Shown: positions 1-9,697 of the stretch, piece after piece | Numbering within the stretch: the stretch's first letter is position 1 | How the letters are laid out: each line of letters starts with the position of its first letter | Assembly (NCBI GenBank): GCA_964654125.1 | Contig: CAZZGG010000001.1 | Location: 16,821-74,825 of the forward strand | From: an uncultured Oscillospiraceae bacterium | GTDB taxonomy: Bacteria > Bacillota > Clostridia > Saccharofermentanales > UBA5734 | Direction: 5' to 3' | DNA length: 58,005 nt | The notes under the pieces: generated by a model | Told to the model about the DNA's origin: nothing | Seen by the model: only the letters and a program-made list of their open reading frames with translations | Databases searched by the model: none | Position numbers and translations under genes: made by a program

Positions 1-571
1 TTTGCATCAGGCCGCCATGGTACATGGAGGAAAAAACCAGCATTTCAGGGCGGGACTGGGCGTATTTTTGGCGCAGTTCCTCAAAATTAAGATCAAAGCA
101 GATCACTCCGCCGGCTGTGCCGACATCTGTCTGGATGACAGGTGCCTCCTTGCCATAGTAGATATTACCCTTGGTCAGTTCAGTTGTGACCAGGTGGTTC
201 TTATTATAGATACCATCAATCCCACCTTGCCTGTTAATGAACTGGGTCGAGTTGCGCATGCTGCCGTCCGGCATGCTGCGGGCTGCGGAATAGGCAATAT
301 TGCAGTTGTTTTGCCGGGCGACCTCCTGAAAATGGTCGCGAATCTTATCTCCTCTGGCAGCATAATATTCCTGGCGCTGGGCCATGGTGAAATTAGGCGG
401 CCGGTCGCAGGCTTCCGGCAGGACGACCAGGTCGGGCTGGTCACACAGGACATGGCTTAACTGGGCATCCCAGTGCCGGATCATTTCCTCAACACTGCTG
501 CTTAGGTCCTTGTGCGGATCCAGCACATGCGGTCTGGGAGCGATTACGCTGACTTTAACAAATCTGGCCAT
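1..571 (-). CDS. Carbon-nitrogen hydrolase (nitrilase superfamily), N-terminal ~190 aa; C-terminus lies beyond the left window edge
   Basis: Not in the ORF track because there is no in-window stop. Manual minus-strand translation from ATG at 571 gives MARFVKVSVIAPRPHVLDP...DLVVLPEA...IYNKNHL...GGVICFDLNFEE. This is an E/K/C triad context typical of CN hydrolases. The frame stays open to base 1. The gene lies 15 bp downstream of the preceding same-strand gene. Confidence 0.7.
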   Translation of the reverse strand, partial: MARFVKVSVIAPRPHVLDPHKDLSSSVEEMIRHWDAQLSHVLCDQPDLVVLPEACDRPPNFTMAQRQEYYAARGDKIRDHFQEVARQNNCNIAYSAARSMPDGSMRNSTQFINRQGGIDGIYNKNHLVTTELTKGNIYYGKEAPVIQTDVGTAGGVICFDLNFEELRQKYAQSRPEMLVFSSMYHGGLMQ

Positions 572-586
572 AAAATCCCTCTTTTC

Positions 587-1525
587 TTATAGATACATGG
601 GCTTGGCAGCTGCGCTGTAGCCGGCATAGAATTCAGCCCCGTCATAACCGGGATCAGTCAAAGGTATTTCATCTAGCTTAATCAGGGTTCCACCCTGGGC
701 ACGGGAAATACGGGCTGCCAGCATGATCTTGACGGAGTCAGCCAGGTCATTGACACTGACTATCCGGCTGGGCTGGCCAGCCAGGTGAGCAAAGATCTCA
801 TCCAGCAGGGCAGCATAAATTTTACCTGTATCAACCGTGAACTGGAAAGTTTTGCTGGTAGTCATGATGGTATAGGCAAAGGGCTGCCAGGTCCCCATGA
901 AGGTGTTATAGATGGCATTTTGCCCGTCACCAAAATCAATATAAAAGCTCTCACTGGTCTTGCCGTCCCGGCTGCCCCGGCCGATGAACTTGACAGCCAC
1001 AGCTGGTTTTTGGACCAGGCCGCAGATGCCTTCGACAACGTGGATACCGTAGTTGAACTCGTCAACACCGGAAGTGCCGAAGACACTGATGATTTCGCCA
1101 CGCTCACTGGCTGATTGTTCTGCAAACTGGACGATCTCATGGGCATAGCGGACTGAGGATGAACCTAAAATGACAGCGCCGGCCTGGGCCAGTTCGGTCA
1201 GCTTCTGGCAGTCCTGGAGATTGCCGACAATTGGTTTATCGATAAAGACCGGCTTGCCCTTTTCAATAAAGGGCAGGGCATAGTCTAAATGGCGGTCCCA
1301 GTCACAGCTGTGGATGAAACCTATATCGACCAGATCAGCCAGTTCTGCCAGGCTGGAACAGCGTTTTTCCAGGCCGAAGTTTTTCACAAAACCCTCAACT
1401 TCGGCATCGGAACGGAATGAATCGTCATATACTCCGACATACTTAGCTCTTTTGTCTTCCGCTAAAAGTTTAGCGAAAGCGAGGGGGTGGGATGTGTCAA
1501 TTGTGATTGCACCAATCCTGATCAT
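587..1525 (-). CDS. Gfo/Idh/MocA-like oxidoreductase (divergent, weak Rossmann motif)
   Basis: 312-aa ORF with N-terminal MIRIGAITIDTSHP..., KPVFIDKP and an overall Gfo/Idh/MocA-like layout. Tightly packed behind the next oxidoreductase (4-bp gap). Confidence 0.55.
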   Translation of the reverse strand: MIRIGAITIDTSHPLAFAKLLAEDKRAKYVGVYDDSFRSDAEVEGFVKNFGLEKRCSSLAELADLVDIGFIHSCDWDRHLDYALPFIEKGKPVFIDKPIVGNLQDCQKLTELAQAGAVILGSSSVRYAHEIVQFAEQSASERGEIISVFGTSGVDEFNYGIHVVEGICGLVQKPAVAVKFIGRGSRDGKTSESFYIDFGDGQNAIYNTFMGTWQPFAYTIMTTSKTFQFTVDTGKIYAALLDEIFAHLAGQPSRIVSVNDLADSVKIMLAARISRAQGGTLIKLDEIPLTDPGYDGAEFYAGYSAAAKPMYL

Positions 1526-1529
1526 TTTG

Positions 1530-2564
1530 CTACTCCTTTTGATCTAAATAAATCACTTGCTGTTTTTGGGAAGAGCGGTAGGCGCTGATGATAATTTCTA
1601 AAGCCTCATGCCCGGCCTGGGCATCGGTTAAAAGCTTGGCCTGGCCCCTGATTGCGGCCAGGAAGTTTTTGTACTGGGCCAGGTGGCCAGCTGGATTGAT
1701 CTTGGCCGGATCATGCCAGGAATCAAATTCAGGTCTGGCTTCCGGGCGGAAGGGCGCTTCACCCAAGATATCCAGCTGAACAATCTTGTCTTCTTCAATG
1801 ACCAGGCTGCCCTTGTCGCCACTGATCTCCAGGCGCCGCGAAAAACCCGGATAGACACTGGTCGTGGCCTGGATGACCCCTAGCGCACCACTGCTATAAG
1901 TCAGCACGGCACTCAAGGTATCCTCTGTCTCAATCTCATGGACCAGGGTTCTGGCCTGGGCAAAGATGCTTGTGACCGGACCTAAAAGGTACCTGGCCAG
2001 ATCAACCCCATGGATACCCTGGTTGATCAGGGCCCCGCCGCCATCCATTTTGATGGTACCACGCCAGTCATTTTCGGCGTAATACTGTTTGGAGCGGTGG
2101 TACTTCATGTAAACATCGCCAGTCACCAGGCGGCCCAGCCGGCCGGAACTAATGATTTTTTTAGCTTCCTGGATGGCTGGTGCAAAGCGCAGCTGGCTGA
2201 CCACACTGACTAGAAGGCCAGTCTGGCGGGCTGCGGCGACTATCTGGGCACTATCAGCCAGATTGAGGGCCAGGGGCTTTTCAGTCAGGACATGCTTTTT
2301 TGCGGCTAGTGCTGCCAGGACCTGTTCAGCGTGCAGCCCACTGGGGGTGCAGATAGCCACGGCCTGGACGGCGCTGTCAGCTAATAGGTCTTCGTATGAG
2401 CTATAGGCCCGGCTCTTATGCTGGGCTGCCAATCTATCAGCAGCAGCCTTATTTTTATCAAATAGACCGACCAGGTGAAAATCAGCCAACTGGCCCAGGG
2501 CTGCTAGATGAAAATCTGCAACCAGGCCGCAACCGACAATAGCTATTCCAAGGGGCAAGGGCAT
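1530..2564 (-). CDS. Gfo/Idh/MocA family oxidoreductase
   Basis: 344 aa. Contains IAIVGCGLVADFH (Rossmann motif), HVLTEKPLA (EKP motif) and a C-terminal alpha/beta dimerisation-type region. Confidence 0.8.
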   Translation of the reverse strand: MPLPLGIAIVGCGLVADFHLAALGQLADFHLVGLFDKNKAAADRLAAQHKSRAYSSYEDLLADSAVQAVAICTPSGLHAEQVLAALAAKKHVLTEKPLALNLADSAQIVAAARQTGLLVSVVSQLRFAPAIQEAKKIISSGRLGRLVTGDVYMKYHRSKQYYAENDWRGTIKMDGGGALINQGIHGVDLARYLLGPVTSIFAQARTLVHEIETEDTLSAVLTYSSGALGVIQATTSVYPGFSRRLEISGDKGSLVIEEDKIVQLDILGEAPFRPEARPEFDSWHDPAKINPAGHLAQYKNFLAAIRGQAKLLTDAQAGHEALEIIISAYRSSQKQQVIYLDQKE

Positions 2565-2582
2565 TGATTATTCCTTTCTCAA

Positions 2583-3875
2583 TCAGGGCAGAAAATATTT
2601 CTCATAAGCCAGGGGCGGCAGTAAAACGCCACCGCTGGTTTGGAAGAATTCTTCACCCAGCTCATAGACACCGGCGACAGGATCAAGCCAGCCGGCGTCG
2701 GCCAGAGGATGGCAGGCCTTCATCTGCTGCCAGTTACTGTAATTTTGTGCACCGTTACTTTCAACAACCCCGATTTTCAGGCCAGGCAAGGGCGCCAGGC
2801 GGCTGGCAACATATTTATTCCAGTCGCACATGAGGGGGTTGACAGTCAAATCAGCGCAAAAAACCGGTACATCACGTTTTTTGGCCTCGTCCAGCATGGT
2901 CAAGGTAACGCTTAAGGTTTTGGCGATCGGCTTTAAGGCGATGGCACTGTAGCCCAGATCATCAATCAAATGACAGACATCCTGGGGGCTGTGGGCACTT
3001 TCATCGCCCGCCACCCGAACAGGCAGGCCCTTGACTGAAATCTGGGCCTCTTCGGCAAAAGGTTCTTCGAGCAGGACTGTGCGGGCTAAAATGCCAGTCT
3101 GGTCCATATAGTCCAATAAGTCGACCAGGCGCTCTTTACTATCATAACGGCCATTGGCATCTAGGTAATAAAGCAACTGGCCGCTTTCTGTATAGGCTGT
3201 CTCAAAGCCTGTTAAAGCCTGATGGATTTCAGCCAGCCTGGCCTTGTCAGCGGCCAGCATTTCGGCATAGTCATTCCTGCCGCCGGGATTTTGCCCGATT
3301 TTGATCTTAAAGAAGAAGTGGCCTTCCTGGGCCAGCTGGCGGATCTGGTCCACAGACATGTCGTAAGTGACCAGGGGGATGACACCCAGCTTGTCATGCT
3401 GGTGGCTGAAAGCGCTGGTGAAAGGACGGCACAGGCTGTCCATATCAGTGATGGCTTCTTGCTGGGCATACAGCTGCCAGAGGGCAAAGTCCAGGCTGAC
3501 CAGAGCATTTAAGGCAAAGGTTTCCTTGAGCTCGGGCCAGTTGGTGGCCTGACGGGCGAACTGGTAGACCTGGGGCAGGATCTTTTCGATCAGCTGGGGC
3601 GGGCTTTGCATCTGTTCGCTTTCTAAAAGCGACAGGCCGTGCTGGGTGGTCAGGAGCATGGCTGCATTGCTAGCAGCTGGAGCGAGCTTGGCAAAAACAT
3701 CAGCGTCGCACCAGAGCACGCTTTGCACACCCAGACCGGTGCCTTTATTGCCGGCGTCATCTTCAATCTGGCTGATAATCTGCCAGAGTTCTTTCAGATA
3801 GCTGCCTTTAAAGCCGAAGGGGGCCAGCAGGGGCTCACGGATAAACTCCAAATCAGTTCTAGTGATTAAAGGCAT
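2583..3875 (-). CDS. Enolase-superfamily enzyme (mandelate racemase/muconate lactonizing-type dehydratase or epimerase)
   Basis: 430 aa. Has a KxK motif (FFFKIKIG), metal-ligand contexts YLDANGRY, LLEEPF and VAGDESAHS, and a late ALKPIAK motif. Confidence 0.75.
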   Translation of the reverse strand: MPLITRTDLEFIREPLLAPFGFKGSYLKELWQIISQIEDDAGNKGTGLGVQSVLWCDADVFAKLAPAASNAAMLLTTQHGLSLLESEQMQSPPQLIEKILPQVYQFARQATNWPELKETFALNALVSLDFALWQLYAQQEAITDMDSLCRPFTSAFSHQHDKLGVIPLVTYDMSVDQIRQLAQEGHFFFKIKIGQNPGGRNDYAEMLAADKARLAEIHQALTGFETAYTESGQLLYYLDANGRYDSKERLVDLLDYMDQTGILARTVLLEEPFAEEAQISVKGLPVRVAGDESAHSPQDVCHLIDDLGYSAIALKPIAKTLSVTLTMLDEAKKRDVPVFCADLTVNPLMCDWNKYVASRLAPLPGLKIGVVESNGAQNYSNWQQMKACHPLADAGWLDPVAGVYELGEEFFQTSGGVLLPPLAYEKYFLP

Positions 3876-3888
3876 GGTCTTCCTTTCT

Positions 3889-4878
3889 TTAGGCTATGGT
3901 GGCCAGCATGTCCTGGGTCACCTGGGATATGAGCTCTTCGCCTTGCAGCAGACGCTCGATCTCCTGGGCCACATGACGGCCGATCCGGCCCAGGCCATTA
4001 TTAGCCAGGCCAGCCAGATGCGGGGTCATGATGCAATTGGGCAGGCTGCGCAGGGGATTATCAACAGCCGGCGGCTCAGGATCGGTCACATCAAGGCAGG
4101 CATACTTGATCTTGCCAGCTTTCATGTGTTCGTATAGGGCCTTTTCATCAATCAGGGAACCGCGGGCTGTGTTGATCAAGATGACATCATCTTTCATCAG
4201 GGCCAGGCTCTCCTGGTTGATCATGTGGTTGGTGGCCGGGATTGAGGGGGCATGCAGGGAGATAATATCTGACTCTTTGAAGAGTTCAGCCAGCTCCACC
4301 TTGCGGGCACCCAGAGCGCTGATTTTTTCAGCCGGCAGATGCGGGTCATAGGCCAGAACATCAACATCAAACTGCTGGAGCAGTTCTATGTAATGGGCAC
4401 CGGCATAGCCGCAGCCGATCACACCAACATTGATCTCAAACAGCTCAGTGATGGATTTTCTGTCGTGCTGCCAACCACCGGCATGGATCAGGTCATTTAA
4501 AGCAAAGTAGTTCTTGGCAGCAGCGATGGTGAAGCCCAGGGCGGTTTCGGAAACACCGCGGCTCAGCACAGCGGCACTGCTGATCACTGGTATATTGCGG
4601 GCAAAGATTTCGTCGCTGACAATGGGTTTGACACTGCCGGCGGCATGGGCGACCAGACGCAGATTGGGTGCGCAGTCAAGAATGTCGCCGGTCAGGGGCT
4701 GGTTACCCCAGGAGGTGACAGCGATATCAGCATCACGGATGATCTCCTTGATGGTGGCCGGATCTGTCTGATCAGTCTCGTTGACAACGACCTGGCCGAT
4801 CTTTTCCAATTGGGCCATTGTGCTGGCGGTTATGACGGACGGACGGCCCTTGGCACTCATAAGTAAAGCAATCTTCAT
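3889..4878 (-). CDS. D-isomer-specific 2-hydroxyacid dehydrogenase (NAD-binding)
   Basis: 329 aa. Contains VGVIGCGYAGAH, SLHAP, LINTARGSLIDE, ACLDVTDPEP and TPHLAG motifs. Confidence 0.85.
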   Translation of the reverse strand: MKIALLMSAKGRPSVITASTMAQLEKIGQVVVNETDQTDPATIKEIIRDADIAVTSWGNQPLTGDILDCAPNLRLVAHAAGSVKPIVSDEIFARNIPVISSAAVLSRGVSETALGFTIAAAKNYFALNDLIHAGGWQHDRKSITELFEINVGVIGCGYAGAHYIELLQQFDVDVLAYDPHLPAEKISALGARKVELAELFKESDIISLHAPSIPATNHMINQESLALMKDDVILINTARGSLIDEKALYEHMKAGKIKYACLDVTDPEPPAVDNPLRSLPNCIMTPHLAGLANNGLGRIGRHVAQEIERLLQGEELISQVTQDMLATIA

Positions 4879-4928
4879 TTTTCTTTTCCCCTTTTGCTGT
4901 AATTAATAGTCTGGATCTTACTGGACGA

Positions 4929-5834
4929 TCAGCCCTTGATGGAGCCGATCATGACGCCTTTGTCAAAATATCTTTGCAGGAATGGATAGATGATCAGGAC
5001 CGGCAAGGAAGAGACAATGATGACGGAGTAACGCACCAATGAGGCAGCCTTGACCTGGGCATCCAGCAGCAGTTCATCGACATAGGCACCACTGCTCATC
5101 ATTTCCGCCTTCATCTGGTTTTCAATCAGGATTTCACGCAGGATCAGCTGCAGCGGCACTTTGGTCCGGTCAGTTAAATAGATCATGGCACTAAACCAGG
5201 AGTTCCAGTGGGCCACACCATAGTAGAGGGCCATAACGCCGATCAGGGCTTTAGACAAGGGCAGGACCACTGAGATAAAGGTCTTGATCGGCGAGCAGCC
5301 ATCAATAAAGGCAGCTTCTTCAATATCGGGCGGGACTCCATTGATGAAAAATGTGCGCGAGATGATCAGGTTGGTGGTGCTGACAGCGCCGCCGATCATC
5401 AGGACAAAATAGGTGTTAAGCAGCTTAAGGCTCTTCATGAGCAGGTAGGTGGGAATCATGCCACCGGAAAAATACATGGTGAAGGTGACCAGGAGCATGA
5501 GAAAACTGCGCCCGTGCAGATGCTTTTTGGACAGGGCATAGGCTGCGGTCAAGGTGAAAAACAAGTTGACCAGGGTGCCGCCCACCGTGTAAAAAATCGT
5601 GTTGCCGTAACCTCTTAGTATTTCCGGATCCTGGAAAACCCGATAATAGCCTTCCAAGGTGATTTCCTTGGGCAAAAGCCACATCTTGCCCCGGTTGACC
5701 ACATCAGGGTTGGAGATGGAGGCGGAAACTATATAGATTAAAGGATAGAGCACGATCATCATAAAGAGAGTCATCAGGATCAGATTGACTGCATTGAAGA
5801 TCTTATCTCCGGCACTTTCTTTAATGGCTGGCAT
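4929..5834 (-). CDS. Carbohydrate ABC transporter permease (LplC/YtcP-like)
   Basis: 301 aa and multi-TM. EAA-loop context IEEAAFIDGCSPIKTF and C-terminal FLQRYFDKGVMIGSIKG are typical of this family. Confidence 0.85.
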   Translation of the reverse strand: MPAIKESAGDKIFNAVNLILMTLFMMIVLYPLIYIVSASISNPDVVNRGKMWLLPKEITLEGYYRVFQDPEILRGYGNTIFYTVGGTLVNLFFTLTAAYALSKKHLHGRSFLMLLVTFTMYFSGGMIPTYLLMKSLKLLNTYFVLMIGGAVSTTNLIISRTFFINGVPPDIEEAAFIDGCSPIKTFISVVLPLSKALIGVMALYYGVAHWNSWFSAMIYLTDRTKVPLQLILREILIENQMKAEMMSSGAYVDELLLDAQVKAASLVRYSVIIVSSLPVLIIYPFLQRYFDKGVMIGSIKG

Positions 5835-5852
5835 AGATTAATTCACCTCCTC

Positions 5853-6809
5853 TTAAAATAAACTAGTGTCACTGAATTTTCTTGCCGTTGTATTAACAAT
5901 GACAAGCAGGACAAAGTTGACAACATTATTAAAAAGTCCCACAGCAGAAGCAAAACTGTATTCTGCCTTTAACAAACCACGTTCATAAACATAGGTGGAG
6001 ATAATATTGGCAGTGGTTTTGTTGAGATCATTTTGCATCAGGATGACTTTTTCATGGCCGACACTCATCAAAGAACCAACACTTAAGATCAAGAGGATGA
6101 TGAAGGTCGGAGTGATGACGGGTATATTGATGTAGCGGATGCGCTGCAGGCGGGTGGCGCCATCGATGACGGCTGCCTCATGCAGCTCCGGGCTGACCCC
6201 GGACAGGGCGGCTAGATAGATGATTGAGCTCCAGCCGGTGTTTTGCCAGACTCCCGACCAGATATAGATGTGGCGGAAAGAACCGGGCTCGGTCATGAAG
6301 TAGCGTGACTCAAGTCCTAGGGCCTTGAGAGCGAAGTTGACTATGCCGGCTGAAGGTGACAGGACTATGGTGATCATGCCGACCAGGACAACTGTTGAGA
6401 TAAAGTGGGGGGCATAGGTGACAGTCTGGATGAACTTTTTGTAACGGGGCAGACGCACCTCGTTCAGCATCAAAGCAACCACGATCGGGATAGGCATGCC
6501 CACCAGCAGAGAATAAAGTGATATAGCCAGAGTGTTCTTGATCAGGATAGTGAAGTAATACGAGTTGGTAAATTGTTTAAAGTACCTCAAACCAACCCAG
6601 CTACTGTCCATAATTGATTTAGCACCGGTGTAATTTTTAAAAGCAATTTGCAGGCCGTAGAGCGGACCATAAGCAAAAATAAGATACCAGGCGACAGCAG
6701 GCAGCAATAAAAGATAATACTGATAATCCTTTTTCATCTGGCGCCAGACCCTGTTACCGCGGGTTAGTTCCTGCTGCTTTGGTCGGGTTGCAGAAGATGG
6801 CATAGACAT
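5853..6809 (-). CDS. Carbohydrate ABC transporter permease (LplB/YteP-like)
   Basis: 318 aa and multi-TM. EAA loop LHEAAVIDGATRLQRIRYINIP. Paired with the adjacent permease. Confidence 0.85.
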   Translation of the reverse strand: MSMPSSATRPKQQELTRGNRVWRQMKKDYQYYLLLLPAVAWYLIFAYGPLYGLQIAFKNYTGAKSIMDSSWVGLRYFKQFTNSYYFTILIKNTLAISLYSLLVGMPIPIVVALMLNEVRLPRYKKFIQTVTYAPHFISTVVLVGMITIVLSPSAGIVNFALKALGLESRYFMTEPGSFRHIYIWSGVWQNTGWSSIIYLAALSGVSPELHEAAVIDGATRLQRIRYINIPVITPTFIILLILSVGSLMSVGHEKVILMQNDLNKTTANIISTYVYERGLLKAEYSFASAVGLFNNVVNFVLLVIVNTTARKFSDTSLF

Positions 6810-6873
6810 TTCCCTCCAAAAATTAGACTCTTGTGATCATAGCATAGATCAAGCTTGGCGTAATTAGACTATC

Positions 6874-7938
6874 TTAGCAAGATTCATCTGCAGCCAAAAA
6901 TATTTTTACAAAATCATCATCGACCAAATGAGGATATTGCCGGATGACCCGCGAGATCTCCTCAGCCTGACCTGGCGAAAGATCCTCATCTGCTTTTAAG
7001 GTCCAGATACCAGGCATGAGGCCTTGACGGCGCAGGACTTCGTGCACTCCGGTGATACAGCCGGCAAAATTATGGGCTACATCAAAGACCGCGCTGTTGC
7101 TGTCAGTAACCTGCGCAGCCAGGTCCAGCCAGGGGGCCAGATCTTTTTGGGCAGCTAGGTCTTTTTTCAGCTGGGTAAAGAGATCGACTGTTGTTTTGGT
7201 CCAGACAGCCCAGTGACCCAAAAGTCCGCCGACAAAACGGCAGTTATAACTGACACCGTCCGCCAGAACGCTATAGCTGGTCATTAAGTCGGCAAAGATA
7301 TTATCATCATTGCCGGTATAAAGGGCTATCTGGTCGCGCCTGCTGCTCAGGGCCACTGCCCGCATCACATCCAGGGTCTGGTAACGGTTGAAGGCGGCAC
7401 ACTTGACAGCAACCACACTCTCAAGCTCAAAAATCTGCCGCCAGTAGTCAAAAGGCAGGATGCGGCCGCCCACAGCCGGTTGCAGGTAAAAAGCCACGAC
7501 TGGCAGATGCTGGCCTACAGCAGCTGTCCGGTCGATCAGGTCCTTTTCACTGGCACCAGCCAGGCCACCCGGGCTGAGCAAGACAGCATCATAGCCCAAG
7601 GAGGCAGCCAGCTTTGTTTCAGCGACTGCCTGGCTGGCCGGTCCACAGGCGCCTGCCATCTTGATGATGGTTTGACCATGTTTATTTTCAAAACGACTGA
7701 TTTCGTCAGCCGCCAGGCTGAGCACCTGCTCAAACAGGTCAATCTCAGGATCACGGATTTCAAACTGGGTGGTATGTACTCCCACAGCCAGGCCGCCGAC
7801 ACCACTGGCCAGGTAATAACGGATCAGGCGGCGCTGACCGGCCTCATCAAATTTGCGTTCCTGGTCAAGGACCAGGGGCATGGCAGGTATAACGGTTCCT
7901 TCAGCTAAAAGAGCCAGGGCTTTTTCAGGGCGCTCCAT
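6874..7938 (-). CDS. DapA/NanA-family (class I aldolase-like) protein
   Basis: 354 aa. DHDPS-like N-terminal layout (IPAMPLVLD..., GVGGLAVGVHTTQFE). A candidate Schiff-base lysine lies in VVAVKCAAFN. Assignment is by motif resemblance only. Confidence 0.55.
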   Translation of the reverse strand: MERPEKALALLAEGTVIPAMPLVLDQERKFDEAGQRRLIRYYLASGVGGLAVGVHTTQFEIRDPEIDLFEQVLSLAADEISRFENKHGQTIIKMAGACGPASQAVAETKLAASLGYDAVLLSPGGLAGASEKDLIDRTAAVGQHLPVVAFYLQPAVGGRILPFDYWRQIFELESVVAVKCAAFNRYQTLDVMRAVALSSRRDQIALYTGNDDNIFADLMTSYSVLADGVSYNCRFVGGLLGHWAVWTKTTVDLFTQLKKDLAAQKDLAPWLDLAAQVTDSNSAVFDVAHNFAGCITGVHEVLRRQGLMPGIWTLKADEDLSPGQAEEISRVIRQYPHLVDDDFVKIFLAADESC

Positions 7939-8954
7939 CAGAAATCACCTTCTCTTTCTTCAAAGTGGGTGGGCTTACCCAGGATGCGGCCGCCAGCCTT
8001 GAGCCATTCGGCCTGCCAGCGGATGAGAGTGTTCAGGCTGACATCCGGATAGCCAAAGTGGGAAAAACAAAGGCCGGCATTGTTCAGGTAGGCCAAAGGG
8101 GCCTCTTCGTCTGTAAAAATGGGTTCAATATTTAAATAGCGGCCCAGTTGCAGAGCGGTCTGCTTAACTGAAGCAGTTTCCGGACCGGTAACATTCAGGC
8201 TGACAGCCGGGCTGCCTGCCAGCAGCAGTGACCTGATGGCGACTTCATTGGCATAACCTTGCCAGACGCAGTTGAAACTGGGTGTTTTTAAGGAGATGGC
8301 TTCCTGGCGCAGCATCCGGTCAGCTAGATCATAGATGACACCATAGCGCAGGTCGACAGCATAGTTGAGCCGATAGATCAGAACTTTGGCTCCCATTGTA
8401 TTTGCCGCATGAGCAAAGAGCCTTTCCCGGGCCAGGACGCTCATGGCGTATTCGCCGACCGGAGCGGGCCTGGCCAGATCATCTGCCCCGCCGCTGCCAG
8501 TTGAGACAGGCGGGAAGATATTGCCTGATGAAAAGACAACATAGCGGGCTGTGGGGAAACGCTGGATGACCAGGGTGGGCAGCCCGGCATTCATGTACCA
8601 GGTTTCGTCTTCATTACCACTGGTGCCGAATTTCTTGCCAGCCATGAAAATAATGTTTGCCACATCCGGTAAGGCGGCCAGGGCGGCTGGATCAGTCAGA
8701 TCAGCACTGATGGTAGCCACATCGTGTTTTTCTAAAAGGGCCAGGGACAAGGGATCGGAAAAACGCGAGACAGCAATGATCTTTTTTGTGATTCCAGCTG
8801 CCTGGGCTGCTCTTTTGGCTAGGATTGCCAAAGATGGTCCCATCTTGCCGCCGGCTCCCAGGATCATGATGTCACCTTCAATCCGGGCTAGATCCTGAAT
8901 CAGTTCCGCTCCAGGTGTTGTTAAAAGATCATCTAGTTTTGTCTCAGTCCACAT
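7938..8954 (-). CDS. NAD-dependent epimerase/dehydratase-family protein
   Basis: 338 aa. Rossmann motif IMILGAGGKMGPS. Its stop overlaps the start of the DapA-like gene at 7938, suggesting translational coupling. Confidence 0.7.
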   Translation of the reverse strand: MWTETKLDDLLTTPGAELIQDLARIEGDIMILGAGGKMGPSLAILAKRAAQAAGITKKIIAVSRFSDPLSLALLEKHDVATISADLTDPAALAALPDVANIIFMAGKKFGTSGNEDETWYMNAGLPTLVIQRFPTARYVVFSSGNIFPPVSTGSGGADDLARPAPVGEYAMSVLARERLFAHAANTMGAKVLIYRLNYAVDLRYGVIYDLADRMLRQEAISLKTPSFNCVWQGYANEVAIRSLLLAGSPAVSLNVTGPETASVKQTALQLGRYLNIEPIFTDEEAPLAYLNNAGLCFSHFGYPDVSLNTLIRWQAEWLKAGGRILGKPTHFEEREGDF

Positions 8955-8978
8955 AAACTTACCTCACTGTCTCCCTTG

Positions 8979-9605
8979 CTAAGCGGTCAGATATTTCATG
9001 ATGATATCTCGCGTATGCTCTTTTCTTTGTTCTATCACTGCTGCACTATTCAAATCACAGTGGAACAACTTGGATAAAGTATAGCTGTTGGAGAAATTGC
9101 CAAAGCAGACAGTAATCAAGGAGATAACAGTCTGATGGATATCGACATCAGGTCGGATCGTGCCATTTTGCTGGCCCCGTTCAATCTCTTTGGCCAGGGT
9201 CGCAATGGTTGGTCGCTCAATATTTTCATCGGGCAGGGTCTTGAGCAGACGGGCCTTGTTGAGGTTTTCCCACATCAGGAGAGCCACAAAACCGGGATTG
9301 GCTTGCAGAAAATCAAAATAAAGGCTGATCAGCTGGCTGATCAGTTCCAAACCCTGGTATTGTTTTTCAATCAACTGCTGCTCAGCAGTTTCCATGCGCT
9401 TGTAGACCGTGAAAAGAACACTCTTATATAATTCTTCCTTGCTGCCAAAATACTCATAAATCATTCTTTTATTGAGGGAGGCAGATGCGGCGATCTCATC
9501 AATGCGGGCACCATAATAACCCCTGGCGGCAAAATGTTCTTCTGCAGCAGCAAGGAGCATCTCTTTGGAATGGGCAGCATTTCTGACTCTTTTTGTTTTC
9601 ATCAC
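8979..9605 (-). CDS. TetR/AcrR family transcriptional regulator
   Basis: 208 aa. N-terminal HTH LLAAAEEHFAARGYYGARIDEIAASASLNKRMIYEYFGSKEELY. First gene of the minus-strand operon. Confidence 0.85.
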   Translation of the reverse strand: MMKTKRVRNAAHSKEMLLAAAEEHFAARGYYGARIDEIAASASLNKRMIYEYFGSKEELYKSVLFTVYKRMETAEQQLIEKQYQGLELISQLISLYFDFLQANPGFVALLMWENLNKARLLKTLPDENIERPTIATLAKEIERGQQNGTIRPDVDIHQTVISLITVCFGNFSNSYTLSKLFHCDLNSAAVIEQRKEHTRDIIMKYLTA

Positions 9606-9617
9606 AACTCCCGTGCA

Positions 9618-9643
9618 AATGTAACTATCCGGATAGTTACATT
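9618..9643. promoter_or_regulatory. Perfect 26-bp palindrome, probable TetR operator
   Basis: AATGTAACTATCC|GGATAGTTACATT (13+13, no mismatch). It lies 13 bp upstream of the TetR start codon, in the 92-bp divergent intergenic region shared with the SNF2 gene. Confidence 0.6.
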
Positions 9644-9697
9644 ATATGAAGCAGTTATTTCTTTGTCAAACAAAAAATCCTTTATGTTAAAATATGA

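Noticed and set aside
2-460. 152-aa plus-strand ORF at the left edge (also 175-453 minus and 384-620 plus)
   Set aside because: It lies antisense to or out of frame with a much better minus-strand reading (ATG 571 to base 1). That reading shows a nitrilase-superfamily E/K/C pattern. The plus-strand product has no recognisable motif.
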